The notes under the pieces: generated by a model
Told to the model about the DNA's origin: nothing
The model's input: the letters and a program-made list of their open reading frames with translations, nothing else
The model's database searches: none
Made by a program: the position numbers and the translations under genes
Origin: Antedon mediterranea
Lineage: Eukaryota; Animalia; Echinodermata
Direction of reading: 5' to 3'
Assembly: GCF_964355755.1 (NCBI RefSeq)
Contig: NC_092672.1
Coordinates: 7,264,441-7,328,440 of the forward strand
DNA: 64,000 nt
Shown here: positions 12,379 to 25,888 of the stretch, piece after piece
How positions within the stretch are numbered: position 1 is the stretch's first letter
Layout: each line of letters begins with the position of its first letter

Positions 12379-12650
12379 CTGAAAATATAGAAATAAGCAT
12401 AAACAATTATTATTATACAAGATGTATGATCAGGATAAATTTATCATTCTGTTGATAAAGAATTTCACTTTTAACATGGAGAAATTTTCTCCACGCTTTT
12501 AGCATTGTTAAAACACAAAGGGATTTAAAATGTTTTATATAGGAGTATTATTTTAGATTGGAATGAAGGCCCTAATGAGAGAACTTGGTAGAATGATCTG
12601 CTGTATAAATTACAAGGATTGTGCCGGACAGAGGTTGGCAAGCCAACACA

Positions 12651-12790
12651 GTCTAAAACTCTGTATGGTAGTAAAGTGCCAAAATATGGTAGTGATATGC
12701 CCAAATAAGGTGGTGATATGACAGCATCGTGTCCATGTATGGGCACATCACATTTTTTTGTCACACAAAGTTTGACAGTATAGACAGAGC
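12651..12790. mobile_element. MITE family A copy
   Basis: Contains the family core atggtagtgatatgcccaaataaggtggtgatatgac and the right TIR tttgacagtatagacagagc. Confidence 0.55.
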
Positions 12791-12963
12791 TTAAAGCTCA
12801 TCATAAAGGGCTTTCACCTAGCCTAGTTTCAACATCATAATATCTCTAAGGCACCTACCACATTACCTTTCATTTAAGACATTCACTCTAAAATGGTACT
12901 AGCTAAATATCATTTTTACTGGTTTTTATTTAAATATTTTTTGTTGGCCACTTAGGTACTCAC

Positions 12964-13065
12964 TGGTTTATGTGGTTGCTGTAGAATGTGTGTTTTAGCT
13001 CCATCACATGCATACCTAAGGTCCTGATGGCTAGGTGTTCCTAGAAGCTCCATAATTAGATTTAA
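12964..13065 (-). CDS. NLK: NLK exon 7: LNLIMELLGTPSHQDLRYACDGAKTHILQQPHKP
   Basis: Acceptor cttttgtatttatag, donor gtgagt. Matches NLK LDLITDLLGTPSLEAMRTACEGAKAHILRGPHKQP. Confidence 0.85.
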
Positions 13066-13734
13066 CTATAAATACAAAAGTAATATTATTAACACTATTA
13101 TATACATTATCCTTTATTTGGCCTATGGATTAGTATTGTCATGACAACTGATGATGATCAAAGATATCATACTGCTAATATTACAGAGAATAAGCTGAAA
13201 ATAATTGTAATCTTTTAAGTTTATGAAAACATTTTCTCTAAAAATAAAGCTGGCATTTGAAGTATACCATTGTTCTCTTAGTATCATATGACAATTTGAA
13301 CTATTTTAAATTATTCCATGATTTGAATATTAGTATACCATGTTCTACTTATTTCTGTTTATTGTTGTCATTGAACAATAAAGAACAAAATATACTTAAA
13401 GACTGAAAAAATTTGGAGGAAAAACAATTATATGAGATTAAAAATGACTATAAAAACAACAATCTTGAAAACAAACACTTGTTAATGGTAGTACAGTTTC
13501 CTATTTGAAAAGTATATACAATATGTTATAAAGAGAATCACCTAAGGGGGCATTCAGACTTGGTGATTTACCCGGGTAAGTTGATTACCTAACTCAATTC
13601 AATAATGTTGTGAAACCTCTAAGCGCTGAACATTATTTACCCCAGTCATTTTTTTCAAACACGTATGGAAACATGCTCCCATAATGCCGCTAGTAATTAG
13701 TGCAAAGTTGTGTCTAGATCTAACCGGGTTCCCA

Positions 13735-13875
13735 TTTATACACCTGGGTGGAGAAAGGCACACGTAAGTAAAGTATCTTGCCTAAGGATACAAGCAATGC
13801 GGCAAGAGTTGGATTCGAACCTCGATCTCACAATCAGTAGTCGAACGTCTAACACACTGCGCCACACGCCCTTAC
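13735..13875 (-). mobile_element. tRNA-derived SINE (A-box TGGCGCAGTG, B-box GGTTCGAATCC) in NLK intron 6
   Basis: Pol III box motifs are present, there is no valid cloverleaf acceptor stem, and it is homologous to 44280-44420. Confidence 0.5.
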
Positions 13876-13956
13876 AGTACATAACTAAGCCTGAATGAGC
13901 CTTAAGTCTGGCGACAAATTTAAAACTTTAAAAAACGTTACGAAAGAAAGACTTAC

Positions 13957-14166
13957 TTGTGTAACAGGACTCTGTGCTTGAAATAGAATACGCCGACCTA
14001 AAAGTTCAGCGAATATACAGCCGACTGACCACATGTCAACAGCATTTGTATAGTATTTGCTGCCAGTTAATATCTCAGGCGCACGATAGTACTGGGTCAC
14101 CACTTCTTGGGTCATGTGCTTTGAACGGTCAAGTTCTTCTACTCTTGCCAGTCCAAAGTCACAAAT
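13957..14166 (-). CDS. NLK: NLK exon 6: [70 protein letters not shown]
   Basis: Acceptor tttattgtag, donor gtaagt. Contains the DFG motif and APE activation-loop motif, and is near-identical to vertebrate NLK. Confidence 0.9.
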
Positions 14167-14334
14167 CTACAATAAATTTATTATAGTTTTAATATTATTA
14201 CTGGTGTTGAATGGTTGATGTCATTTTTAATTTATATTGTATTTAAATCAATTAAAGACAAATTCCCTTTATACATTTCTTTTTAAATTTTAAGTTACAT
14301 CCTAGATTTTTTTTTGTAAAAAGAAATTTAATTA

Positions 14335-14480
14335 ATGTATTGTTACTGTTAGTTAAAAATGTGAAAAAATAAATATATTCTAATAATTTAAGGACCTGCT
14401 ACAAATAACAGCAAGAATCACATGCGGATTGATAAATCATTTTGCTTCTGTGATGCACCTCTACTTTTGGTGCGATAGAG
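14335..14480. repeat. Interspersed repeat family D, older CpG-depleted copy
   Basis: About 70-75% identical to 21410-21545. CpG positions in that copy appear here as TG/CA. Confidence 0.45.
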
Positions 14481-15300
14481 TCGACCCCATAGATAAATTT
14501 CTTTAATGAAAGATTTTCTCTGGCTTAAATGAATGTAATTATTGTTAATGATCAGAGCCTTCCAAATACACTACATTGCACTACATACATGCTATATCTA
14601 ATTTTAGTGTTAAAAGCTTTTAACGGTAAAATGTTATTTTCAGTCGTATATGACTTGACGTGTTTATTTCTATTTTCACTTTAAATACATGACTGTTCCT
14701 TAGGCCTACAATGTTGTTTTTACACTCACAAAGGCATTGGAGCATGCCTTTGACAATGGCTTAATCTTAACAAACTTATAGTGCAAGGTGTTTTATTGTA
14801 TTCCAGGCACCTGGTGTACAGTTAAGAACACAAATAGGGCTTTTAAGTGCCCTATGTGAAGTAAAATTCCCTCATGTGCAGACTCAAAACAACAATGAAT
14901 ATTATAAAACCTTGAACGCCCAGTAGGGGTAAACCTCTAGGGAGGAATTCATCTGATAAAGAAACAACTTTAGAAAGTGTTTTGAATAAAGTTACATATC
15001 CAAGGATTTTGTTTTTATCAGCAAGGTCTTCTAGTTAGTTTAATTTCAGTTAACTTCTAGCATCAACCATAGAAATTAGCTGTCTTACCACCAAACCTCA
15101 AGTGTATGTTCACACATGCGGCATTAGATTGGATTCACTGTGCCACATCTTTGGTGTTGTGTATACGACTATACGTATGAATGCATCCTTACATACCGAC
15201 GCGACATGTGAAGCAATGGCATTTATCGATTTTTAAAAGTACAAATAATCAGTTTTTTATTTGTGTACCAAGTTGTTTTATATGCAATTTTGTACAATTA

Positions 15301-15594
<294 letters not shown>

Positions 15595-15740
15595 TTAATA
15601 TAATAACAAAAAAATGAAATGGTAACATTTCGATGGTCATAAGAATAACAAATGTCAATTTATCATGATAGGAATAAATCATACTATCGGCAATAACCTC
15701 AAGAGAATCAAGCAGTGCAGATTTTGCTCATTTCACATAT

Positions 15741-18700
15741 TGAGTACATGAGTAGGTTTATTACTAGTGTTAAACACTTATTTTTATTTTTATTTTATTT
15801 TTTATTTAATCGGTATAAAAAGACTCAAAATACAACTCATAGTTGAAATGAAGAGCTTACATATGAAAAAGATAATTCACATAGCCTAAACAAAGTTAAA
15901 CGAAGAAAAAACACATTAAAGCCTAAGAAACAGTAATAATTACTGTATAATTCGTTAAACTTAAAATTACTATAAAAAATGCACAAATTCTTAAATATAC
16001 AATTTTAAAAAATAGAGACTAATATTAATAATCACATTATTTTTAAACACCAATAAAATATATGTAAAATTCATTAAATTAAAAGTACAATAAAAATTGC
16101 ACAAAATTCAAATTCAAAGGATGATATTAATAATTACAAATTCTTATATTATATTTACAAATTTAAAAAATTGAATCTTATAAATCACATTTTTATAGTC
16201 CCATAAGTAGTTAAAAAAAAAAATTTAAAGCATAAAACAACCACTTGACAAAGAGACAATAGAACATACTCTTCGAAATGTCTTTAAAGGTTAATTGTCC
16301 AAATCTATTCATTATTTAAGAGTCCAATAACAGTTGGAATTGTTGATGCAGCAAGTCTTTTAGTCCGACATCGTGGCACATCAAACTTATTAACTTTACG
16401 CAAACACCTTGTCGGCTTTTCTTTTTCAGGGATCCATTCCTTAAAGCGATCCGACTTTAGCAGCCCCTTTCCAAAGTTATAAAGAAGAACCTGACGTCTA
16501 TGCTGCAATGTCTTTAACTTGAGGGTTTCAAGTGATTTTGCGTAACTAACATAGTTTTGATATCCAATAATAAGTTTTACAACACGCTTTTGGATGAATT
16601 CAAGTTGATCACTCTGTTTATTGGTGATCGAGCTATGCCAAAGAGGACTGGCATACTCAAGTAAAGGACGAATGTATGTTATAAAAGTGAAAACCAGATC
16701 ATCCTTTGGGGCTCCAAAACGCTTCAGAATGTATAGCATATATAGACGACGTGATGCCCTGGAAACGACTTCTTTAATCTGCTTGTCCCACTTGAGGTCA
16801 CTTTGCAGATGCACTCCAAGAAGTTTCACACTCTGGGATTCTTCGAGTATAACACCATCCATTTGTAACGGCTCAAATTGGGGAACATTACGCAAAAAAT
16901 GAACACGCATCACTTGAAACTTTACAGGATTTGGTGTTGCATCATTCTCCACACACCAACTGGAAAGAGCATCAAGGTTGCTTTGAATCGAACTATCTTC
17001 AGGTCTCTGTACTGAAATCACCTCGCCAATCGTCAGGTCATCAACAAACTTCCATCTATCAGGTACATTGTTGAGCAAATCATTAACCATGATAGTAAAT
17101 AGGATTGGGCCTAATTTAGTACCCTGAGGCACTCCGCACGAAATTGGTTCTGGCGCTGAGACTGAACCGCCCAACCGCACACACTGATTTCTTTGCGAGA
17201 GGAAGCTACACACCGTTGGAATGATAGAGGGCATGATATTAAGACCAATTAATTTGTCAATCAGAATTGAATGGTTGACCCGGTCAAAGGCTTTACTAAA
17301 GTCTATGGCACAAATAGTACCATACATTCCTGAGCTATCTAATCCTGACAGAAGCCTATTACAGAGTTGAACAAGGTAATGAGTCGGTGATGAACCCTTC
17401 GCATTTCCAAACTGTTGGGAATCCATAAGAGGTCTGAAATCAGTAGCTATCCAATCAGAAAGGAAGCTCTCAAAAATTCTACCAAAAACAGGCGTGATGG
17501 ATATAGGCCTATGTTCATTAGGTGTAGAAGCCTTTGGCTTTTTGGGTACAGGAGTAATGATGGCATTCTTCCAGATAGATGGGAAATTATTATCCTGGAG
17601 GCAACAATTCAATATTTTAGCGAGAGGTTGGGCAAGTTCTAAGGCAAATTCCTTAATTAATCGGAGAGGTATATCACGAGGATGCCTTGATTTATTCACA
17701 TTAATGCCCTTTAATAGTTTAAAAACTTGCCCAGGAAAAATAACAGGGGGCTTAACAGAAGGAAGAAAGGCAGGTAAATTTCGCAAATCTAATGCAGGTA
17801 AAAAAGAACAAATCCTAGCAAAATGTTTGTTGACAACATCTACAACAACATCAGGGTCACAACCAGGTTCAAGAAGTGCAGATTGCGGTTTTGATTTTCC
17901 AGCAATCCTCTGCACTTTCTTGTGCCACTTCTGGGGCTCAATTTTCCTAAGAGAAGATATAGATTCTTTATAGAAGTTTGATTTTGCCAATCTTACTTCA
18001 GAACGAACAAGCCTTCTAAAATGACGGTATCTTGTTTGGTTACCCTTTCGATAAGCACGATGTCTTTTCTCAATCATTTTTTTAATACTTTGATTAAACC
18101 AAGGTTTATCATTGTCTCTGACACGAATAACTACTGAAGGAAAAGACTTTTCGTAGGTTTCCTTAAGCACACTTTCAAATTTGGCAGCTAAATATTCAGA
18201 ACTGTCGTCCTCATAAACTATATCATCCCAGTCAATCCCAGTAATAACTTGGCCAAATGCACGCATGGACGAGTCTTTCAAGGGACGGCGAACTAGCAAC
18301 CTTCTCTTTACCGGTTTCTTTTGAATAAAATTAGGTTTTAAAAGAATGGAGGCATGGTCACTGCGACCCAGGGGAGAGAGTTTTAAAGGGGATTGGTAAA
18401 GATCAGAGATGTTTGTTAACATTTTATCAAGACATGCATCATCGCGAGTGGGAAAATCTACTACTTGTTCTAATGATGTTTGATAAAGTAGGGGGTCAAT
18501 ATCGTAGTCATTAAAGTCACCCATAATAATGAAAGCAGCATTATCCCTTACACTACGAAAATAGTCAATTCTTGAGCACAAGAACTCTGTAAGCTGTTGA
18601 TTCCGATTACAGTTAGGTGGGTAATAGACGACAATAGTGACGATTGAGAAAGAGAGGTTAATTTTTACATCAACGCATAGGCATTCAAGATCAATAGGAC

Positions 18701-19487
18701 ATGCATCATCAACTTCGTAATCATATACTTCATTAATATATAGAACAACACCACCGCCAACGCGATTACTTCTATCATTCCGAATGCATGAGAAACCCTG
18801 AACTGCCGAACACTCAGAAGAAAAATCAGAATGAAACCACGATTCTGTTATACCAGCAATATCAATGTTACTGTTTGCTAAAACTAACTCAAATTCATTC
18901 ATCTTATTGCATAACGAGCGCGCATTACACAGAAAAACACTAGGGTAAATGTTAGACCTACTAAGTTTAGCTTTACAAAAAATTGGAACAAGAATACTAG
19001 GCCCTCTCTCACCATTAATATTAGAATTATCTACTCTTCCTCCGATCTGAACAAGTATTTGCTTCCGCATATTCCGACCAGCACGGCGCCCTCTTTTACG
19101 CTTGAAAGCGGATACATTAGTTCTTGAGAAATTATAATTCAAACCCATAATTATCGGAAAAAAAAAAACAATTCAGAATAAAACAAAGTATCAAAAACAA
19201 AGAGGAATAAGTCAAGAGAAGAAAACCACGAACAGAATATAAAACTTTGATAGAAGAGGCCTTCAACAAAAATTCAAGACAAGCATTGTACAAGTCTGAA
19301 GCTGGTTATCCCCTGTGTGAATAGAGACAATTAGAGGAACCACCAACAATTTAGACAATATTGAAAGACATGAGACATACTATTAATATCTTAACATGTA
19401 CATTACGCTACAGGTATAAAACAATCAGTAAATAAATCATAAAGGGGTCATTTTTTGGAACACAATTGCACTATTAGCAATAATGAA
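15741..19487 (-). mobile_element. Full-length single-ORF non-LTR retrotransposon (CR1/L2-like clade), in NLK intron 4, same orientation as NLK
   Basis: Termini were defined by comparison with the deletion derivative at 22357-22550. It has a 339-bp 5'UTR, a 947-aa ORF and a 564-bp 3'UTR containing two ~110-bp tandem repeats. Confidence 0.7.
16305..19148 (-). CDS. LINE ORF: APE-type endonuclease + reverse transcriptase (FSKAFDRVNH, FVDD) + CR1-type C-terminal domain (LEYASPLWH)
   Basis: Uninterrupted 947-aa ORF. Endonuclease N-terminal motif CNARSLCNKMNEFELVL..ITESW. RT motifs PISITPV, SKAFDRV, FVDD. Confidence 0.85.
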   Translation of the reverse strand: MGLNYNFSRTNVSAFKRKRGRRAGRNMRKQILVQIGGRVDNSNINGERGPSILVPIFCKAKLSRSNIYPSVFLCNARSLCNKMNEFELVLANSNIDIAGITESWFHSDFSSECSAVQGFSCIRNDRSNRVGGGVVLYINEVYDYEVDDACPIDLECLCVDVKINLSFSIVTIVVYYPPNCNRNQQLTEFLCSRIDYFRSVRDNAAFIIMGDFNDYDIDPLLYQTSLEQVVDFPTRDDACLDKMLTNISDLYQSPLKLSPLGRSDHASILLKPNFIQKKPVKRRLLVRRPLKDSSMRAFGQVITGIDWDDIVYEDDSSEYLAAKFESVLKETYEKSFPSVVIRVRDNDKPWFNQSIKKMIEKRHRAYRKGNQTRYRHFRRLVRSEVRLAKSNFYKESISSLRKIEPQKWHKKVQRIAGKSKPQSALLEPGCDPDVVVDVVNKHFARICSFLPALDLRNLPAFLPSVKPPVIFPGQVFKLLKGINVNKSRHPRDIPLRLIKEFALELAQPLAKILNCCLQDNNFPSIWKNAIITPVPKKPKASTPNEHRPISITPVFGRIFESFLSDWIATDFRPLMDSQQFGNAKGSSPTHYLVQLCNRLLSGLDSSGMYGTICAIDFSKAFDRVNHSILIDKLIGLNIMPSIIPTVCSFLSQRNQCVRLGGSVSAPEPISCGVPQGTKLGPILFTIMVNDLLNNVPDRWKFVDDLTIGEVISVQRPEDSSIQSNLDALSSWCVENDATPNPVKFQVMRVHFLRNVPQFEPLQMDGVILEESQSVKLLGVHLQSDLKWDKQIKEVVSRASRRLYMLYILKRFGAPKDDLVFTFITYIRPLLEYASPLWHSSITNKQSDQLEFIQKRVVKLIIGYQNYVSYAKSLETLKLKTLQHRRQVLLYNFGKGLLKSDRFKEWIPEKEKPTRCLRKVNKFDVPRCRTKRLAASTIPTVIGLLNNE

Positions 19488-19783
19488 AATTCTGTTGTTG
19501 TTTTTTTTCTTCACATTATTGATTGTCTCCATCCCCGAAACCTCGACTAAGAAATACCGGAATGGTGTCCGGCGGGGGATAGTTTATTACCATTAGTTAA
19601 GGTCCTATGTAAAGCACCTAGAGGGGTCAGTGATCCATTAGGCGCTATATAAATACTGTTTATTATTATTATTATTATTATAGTATGAAAAAATGTTCCA
19701 AAATGTTGTTTTTTTTTGTGTGTTACTGTTATATAAACAGTATAATATTACTATAGGATCAATAAACTGTTAATACAATGTTA

Positions 19784-19987
<204 letters not shown>

Positions 19988-20570
19988 TTAAGGAACTTGA
20001 AACATCTCCTGTTGTCTCTAATTACCACACTTGTATAGTAAATCATACATCAAAATTCTTGCCAGCAATATTATATAGATTGCATATGAACATGGCTGCT
20101 CTCAGCTGAATTAAACAGAGTATTATTATTAATATTCTTTGATGATTTTAATATGATAACAGTATACTGTGAAGTGCATCATATGAAGTAATAATAATAT
20201 TTATTTGAATCAGCAGTGGTACACATGCGAAGTGGTGCATCCATACAATTACAACATTAAGAAAAAATACAACTTAAAAACTATACAAAAACAAGAGCGA
20301 GGAAAACTAAAACATGTCGATTAAAAAATGTATATTGTTTATATAAAAGCATTTATTATAGGTTTAACTTTTAATATAAGAAATACACTTTCCTAAACAA
20401 ACTAAAAACATAATCCTTAGTCATGGTAGATATTGATTTTACTTATGTTATGAACATGATGTGTACAGCACGATTGGTTGTCAATGACCTTAATTTGTCA
20501 TTATGGGTTACGGTTAAGACACAGATATAAATGCTAGGTCATCAAAATCTTTTTTTCCCGAAGCCTTAAG

Positions 20571-20668
20571 CTCTGTCTACACTATAAAAAACTATATGGT
20601 AGTGATATGCTCAAATATGGTAATGATATGACGTCATCATGTCCATATGGGCACATCACATTTTTAGT
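20571..20668. mobile_element. MITE family A copy (right end truncated, followed by a G-rich tract at 20670-20705)
   Basis: Left TIR gctctgtctacactat is intact. Core atggtagtgatatgctcaaatatggtaatgatatgacgtcatcatgtccatatggg. Confidence 0.55.
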
Positions 20669-21409
20669 TAGGAGAGGTCGGGGGAGGGGGGGGGGGGGAG
20701 AGGGTATCTCTTGATATTTAAATTCTCATAGCAATCATTGTCAGCTAAGAAGTTGAACTCCAAACATGTGTACAGGTATGAACGCATATTAATTAATGAT
20801 CATGAATGCAGTATAGTTATTTTCATTGGGGTCAATCAGACTATGCTCAGGTCAAGCATACTTTCCATTTAGTTTCAACCAATGTTCCGGTCAATCATTC
20901 TTTGTTCCATTTAGTCTTACTTATCCAGGTTAATTTTTACAAATATTTCTGATAAGAAGTCTCTTTATAACCGAGTCCTAGTATGGCTTAAAGATCGTTT
21001 CTACCCAACTGAATACCCTCCTCCCAAATGCACTGTAATGCCAACATCTCGGAATTACCTTCTTTAAGAATTTATTTCCAAGAATCAAGTTGTCTAATAC
21101 CTCTGAATTCCGTCAGAATGTTATAACTTAATTCTTTAAAAGGTAAAGAAGGGAAAAAAAAAGTCTTTAGTCATTGTAGATCATCGACTAGTACGTAGTC
21201 ATTGGATGAAGTGCTATGCAATTGCTATTAAGTCAATGACCTGTATTTGCCTATATAGTCTAGTATGATACTGTAGTTCATACTAGACTTGTATGTCCAT
21301 TAAAGCCCCATTCCCTACGTTTTTTAGATCTAATTTAAGATCACAAACTATATTTAATGTAAAAATAATACTATATGGTCCTATTGCGATAACTTTTTTC
21401 GTCTTTAAA

Positions 21410-21545
21410 CGGTTAAAAATGTGAAAAATAAATCGATTTTAATAATTATAGCGGCCCGCTATAAATCCCAAAATGCATTGCGCGCGGATTGATATTGTTG
21501 TTTTTCACCTGTAATGCGCCCACTTTTCGATCGATCGTGAAGCCA
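21410..21545. repeat. Interspersed repeat family D, CpG-rich (younger) copy
   Basis: Homologous to 14335-14480 and retains gcgcgcgg, cgatcgatcg. Confidence 0.45.
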
Positions 21546-22024
21546 AAACAAATGGAAGACTCCTAACTTTTCAGCGAAAATACCGGGTTTTCCCCAATTT
21601 GTATCAACGGAGTCTGGCAAAAATAGAAAGATAATTAATGCAGCAACTATACAACGTCAGGCTAGGTATATAGCTAGCGTACGATGTTCGTACGTTACCG
21701 ATGTTTACCAGCTAGGCCTACAAAACTAAGCCTAGCTAGGCTAGGCCTGAGACCGTCCACGAGAGGTCGATCGCCGCGAGCTACTTAGGTAGTGCATTGT
21801 TTCTCACTTTTTATCATAATTTACCATAAAACGTACATTTAAGACAAAGAATGACATGGTTTAATGTTTTTAAAGTGATATATATGTATTATTTTCCAAA
21901 AAACGTCCAAAATTGCAGGGAAGGGGTCTTTAACTTTAGAACTATAATTACAGACTAATGATATTGATAATACAAGATGTTGTTAGAAACAGGTTCTTAT
22001 GAATATAGTATGTCTTCATATAAA

Positions 22025-22182
22025 GCTCTGTCTACACTATTAAACTAATTTGACAAAAAAGTATCATGTACCCAAAGATGACACTGATACAGTATGTCTA
22101 AATATGGTAGTGATATGACATCATCCATATATGGGCATATCACATTGTTTTGTAACATAAAGTTTGATAGTGTAGACAGAGC
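22025..22182. mobile_element. MITE family A, complete copy
   Basis: Both TIRs are present (gctctgtctacactat.. / ..tttgatagtgtagacagagc). Confidence 0.7.
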
Positions 22183-22356
22183 ATAAGAACTTATAATTCT
22201 ACAAACTTGTCTATTCCAGTACAGTATGACAATATACATGCTGAAAAATGATGGGGATAAAAACAGGGATATGGATAGCAATGCACTTAATATTTTCTTC
22301 AAAACTGGAAGTATGTTCACCTTTACTTCCACCTTAAATCCGTCTTCTTTCACAGA

Positions 22357-22550
22357 ATTTTCATTATTGCTAATAGTGCAATTGTGTTCCAAAAATGACC
22401 CCTTTATGATTTATTTACTGATTGTTTATACCTGTAGCGTAATGTACATGTTAAGATAGTATGTCTCATGTCTTTCAATATTGTCTAAATTGTTGGTGGT
22501 TCCTCTAAGTGTTTAACACTAGTAATAAACCTACTCATGTACTCAAAATT
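22357..22550 (+). mobile_element. Internally deleted derivative of the CR1-like LINE: 154 bp of LINE 5'UTR joined directly to the 40-bp LINE 3' terminus
   Basis: 22357-22510 is the reverse complement of 19321-19487, and 22511-22550 is the reverse complement of 15741-15780. Confidence 0.65.
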
Positions 22551-24936
22551 AAGGCATGGGTTCTTTCATTCATATAGCAAGAAGCCCTAAGTTATGTCAA
22601 CTGTACTTGGTCTATTCCAATACAGTATCACAATATATAAATAATAATGCTGAATAAAGAATTTAAAAACAGGGATATGAATAACAATGTACTTTAAGGC
22701 ATCTATTTATAGCAAGAAGCCCTTATTATTCAGTTATGGCAACATAGTAAAATGTCATACTTAATATTCTGATAACAAGCATAAATCAAGATAAGCTAAA
22801 CTAATCATTTTCAATGTTGAAATATTTGTGTTTAATTTGAAAACACATTTTGTGGTGCATTCATTAATCCCGCAAAGGGCAATTACAATACAATTAGGAA
22901 TATTTAATTTTATTATTCAATAATTATTTTGATCATGATCTTGTTTCTTTAATCTTTAGATTTCTCAGGTTAGGTAATGTGTTCCTCTACTGGAAAAATG
23001 TTATGTTTAATGATAATAAAAAAGGAAACTTCATATTGTGGTCAGATCATTATTTTCATCAAATTAGTTTTAAATTGGTTGAAATAGGTTGCAAAAATAA
23101 TGCATTGTATCTGAAAGGGGTGTTTAATCAAATTTAATATAATCGAGTTGTAGAGATCGGAGAGAGGCTAATGTTGGTTTATCTATAAGCTAGGCACAAA
23201 ATAGACTAAATAATAATTGTAAAAAGTTTAATTATTAATGTTTATTTTTTAAAGAAAACTTGCAGAAATCCTCAATCAATTCATATTAAAATACTTATTT
23301 ATAAAAGGAAGAATTGAATTCTAGGCCAATCTGTTGAACCCTTTCAACTATTTGTGATGAATAATCTACCAGAGTCAACCGTGTACAACCAAGATATTTT
23401 ATTTGTAAGCATACAGCAGCTTACAAGTCAAAGGGTCTGTTCAACCTATAGCGTTTACTAGACCTATTTTTTTTTTCCAAATGTCAGTACAAAAGGTTAA
23501 AGATTTGTGATGGGTTTAAAAAATAATTCAAAACTGAAATTGCAATGCAAGTTATATCTTTAAATTTCAAAGCCTTATAAATTTTTTTCTAACCAATTGA
23601 AAATTAGTGAAGCCAACATACAGTGTAGTAGTTAGTAGATTAAATAAAATGATATTTTTTTTAGAAATACCACTCAGCATCCAAAAAATAATGAAGTACA
23701 GTACAGTCAATGTTATGATTTGATTATGAACATAATTCTCTAGAAGAAATGGGATTTTAAAAATTGAATATTTTATCAATGTTATTGAATTTCTTAATTA
23801 TTTTCTATAAAAAAAAACCAACAAATATATGCTGAAAGAATCCATTAGCTACCTTGAAATCGTATATTAATGTTATGCAATGTTTTACTCCAAAGCAGTT
23901 AATAATAATAATACTGTACAGTATACTTGATATTATCTGAAACCTTCAGACTGAAATTTATCGTGAAGCCAGACTTGTTTGATTTTAATACCTTATTAAT
24001 ATTACTGTAGGTAAATACATTTTTTTTAAATACAATTTTGATAAAAAAATAAAATATTTGATAGCAATGTGAGAAAAAACAGTTCACTATTGGTAAATTA
24101 CAAAAGGGATGCTCTAAGAAATCTTTGTATCCAAGTCCTCCTTCTGGAGAGCACAGGCTATTGTTGGTTTATCCAGATAATCTAGGTACAAAATATACTC
24201 CTTTTTTGATAAATTCTAAGATAAATATATCTATATGTTGGTTTTTTTTCTCCATTATTTCTATGTAGTACGCAGCATTAGGAATTCTCCATAACATAAG
24301 ATGTCTTCAATTCTGTGAATGTGAATAGTGTACAATAATTAGGTATGTGTCAATGCACGTTCACAGTAGTAGCGGTATTTACTTAACTGTTAGCAAATCT
24401 ACTACTACCCAACGCTCTTAGTCTTACTGTAATAGCCTTTAAATCTTTTAAATGATACTGCTGCTTGTAAAAATGAAATATATAATTAAAATTCTTATTT
24501 TGATGTAATGAACATTTTGTAGAAAAATTACGTTATGTGAATCTTTAATTATTATATTATATCATTAATTATTTAACTCAACCAAGAATAGTGTCCCTTT
24601 TTATAAAAAATACTGTAAATTAAATGCAGTTAATATGTGTTTGTGTTATGGTTTTATGTGAAGAAGGATTCAAACCAAACATTTAAACTCTGTTCGGAAA
24701 GAGGTGTATCCTTTTTTGTGTGTAAATTTAGAGAGTCACCATAACCAATAATTTATTCAAAATATATGCGCTTAAATTTAATTTCAATAGTCAATAATCT
24801 AAATAGATTAATAAGTGTAGAAACAAGTGTGTAGACAGTCAATACACTTTGCTGAAAATCAATCAACAATACTGAATTTATCTAGTCAAATGAAAAGCAA
24901 ATTAACTAGTATGATACTGTAGCTGTAATGCAACAC

Positions 24937-25081
24937 ATCTGTCTACACTATCAAACTAGTTTGATGTGCCAAATATGGTAGATAGTGAAATTTCCAAATA
25001 TGGTAGTGATATGACATCATCATGTCCATATATGGGCATATCACATTTTTGTGTCATATAGCTTGATGGTTTATACAGAGC
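24937..25081. mobile_element. MITE family A copy
   Basis: Left TIR atctgtctacactatcaaa. Family core. Right end gcttgatggtttatacagagc. Confidence 0.6.
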
Positions 25082-25589
25082 TTAAGAATGAATGATGTTA
25101 GTTATTATTTAATTACTATTTAAAGCATACAAACTTGTGTTGATTTTATTTCAATATCAGTAGAACTCAGTAATGGTTGTTATTGTATTAAACTATAATA
25201 TTGATAGAAATGCTGCAGCCATAGAATCTTCTCTCGATGTGCCTTTGTGTACACAAGACAGACCAACAATGAATTTTTTCATCCCATCTAAACACAATGA
25301 CAGTAACATCTTTAAACAAAGAAGCAGTAAGAAATTGTTTCAATCGGCTTTTACTGTACATACTGTACATATTCTCTACGATTTCTTTTTTACCTACAGT
25401 AATTCAGAAACAACTTATTACTACAACACAAAAAATGTAAAAAATTATTACATGGATATCTCCTAAGATAATCTAACCGAGTTACAGCGATTTCACATGA
25501 TAATTTGTCACTGTGTGTATACATTACTTTACAGTGTAAAACAACTCATTATAAAGCGTATTACAGACACCATACACACAATTAATTAC

Positions 25590-25800
25590 AATGCTGTTAC
25601 GTTTTGTAAGATGTCTGTGTACTGTGTGAATCGGGTATTACAATGTTGTTTGTCTTGTAAGATGTTTGTGTACTGTGTGAATTGGGTATTACAATGTTGT
25701 TTGTCTTGTAAGATATGTTTGTGTACTGTGTGAATCAAGTATTACAATGTTGTTACGTTTTGTTAAGATGTTTGTGCACTGTGTGAATCGGGTATTAGCA
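25590..25800. repeat. Minisatellite, ~58-bp unit x ~3.7 (gtgtactgtgtgaatcgggtattacaatgttgtttgtcttgtaagatgtttgt)
   Basis: Direct tandem copies are visible. It lies about 30 bp downstream of the NLK exon 3 donor, within intron 3. Confidence 0.7.
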
Positions 25801-25832
25801 AGTCAAAGAAAACATTTGTACAAAAAGGATAC

Positions 25833-25888
25833 ATTTCCTCAAAGAAGTCAACTGGAGGTGGTTGAAGGATATCTAATGCTTGTAGTAC
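25833..25888 (-). CDS. NLK: NLK exon 3: VLQALDILQPPPVDFFEE(I)
   Basis: Acceptor ttctttcag, donor gtatcc. Matches NLK VLSALDILQPPHIDYFEEI. Confidence 0.8.

Noticed and set aside
13735-13875. Possible bona fide tRNA gene
   Set aside because: A and B boxes are present but the acceptor and T stems do not pair, so I called it a SINE.
16621-17973. Plus-strand ORFs (93-159 aa) inside the LINE
   Set aside because: They are antisense to the intact 947-aa LINE ORF and have no motifs.
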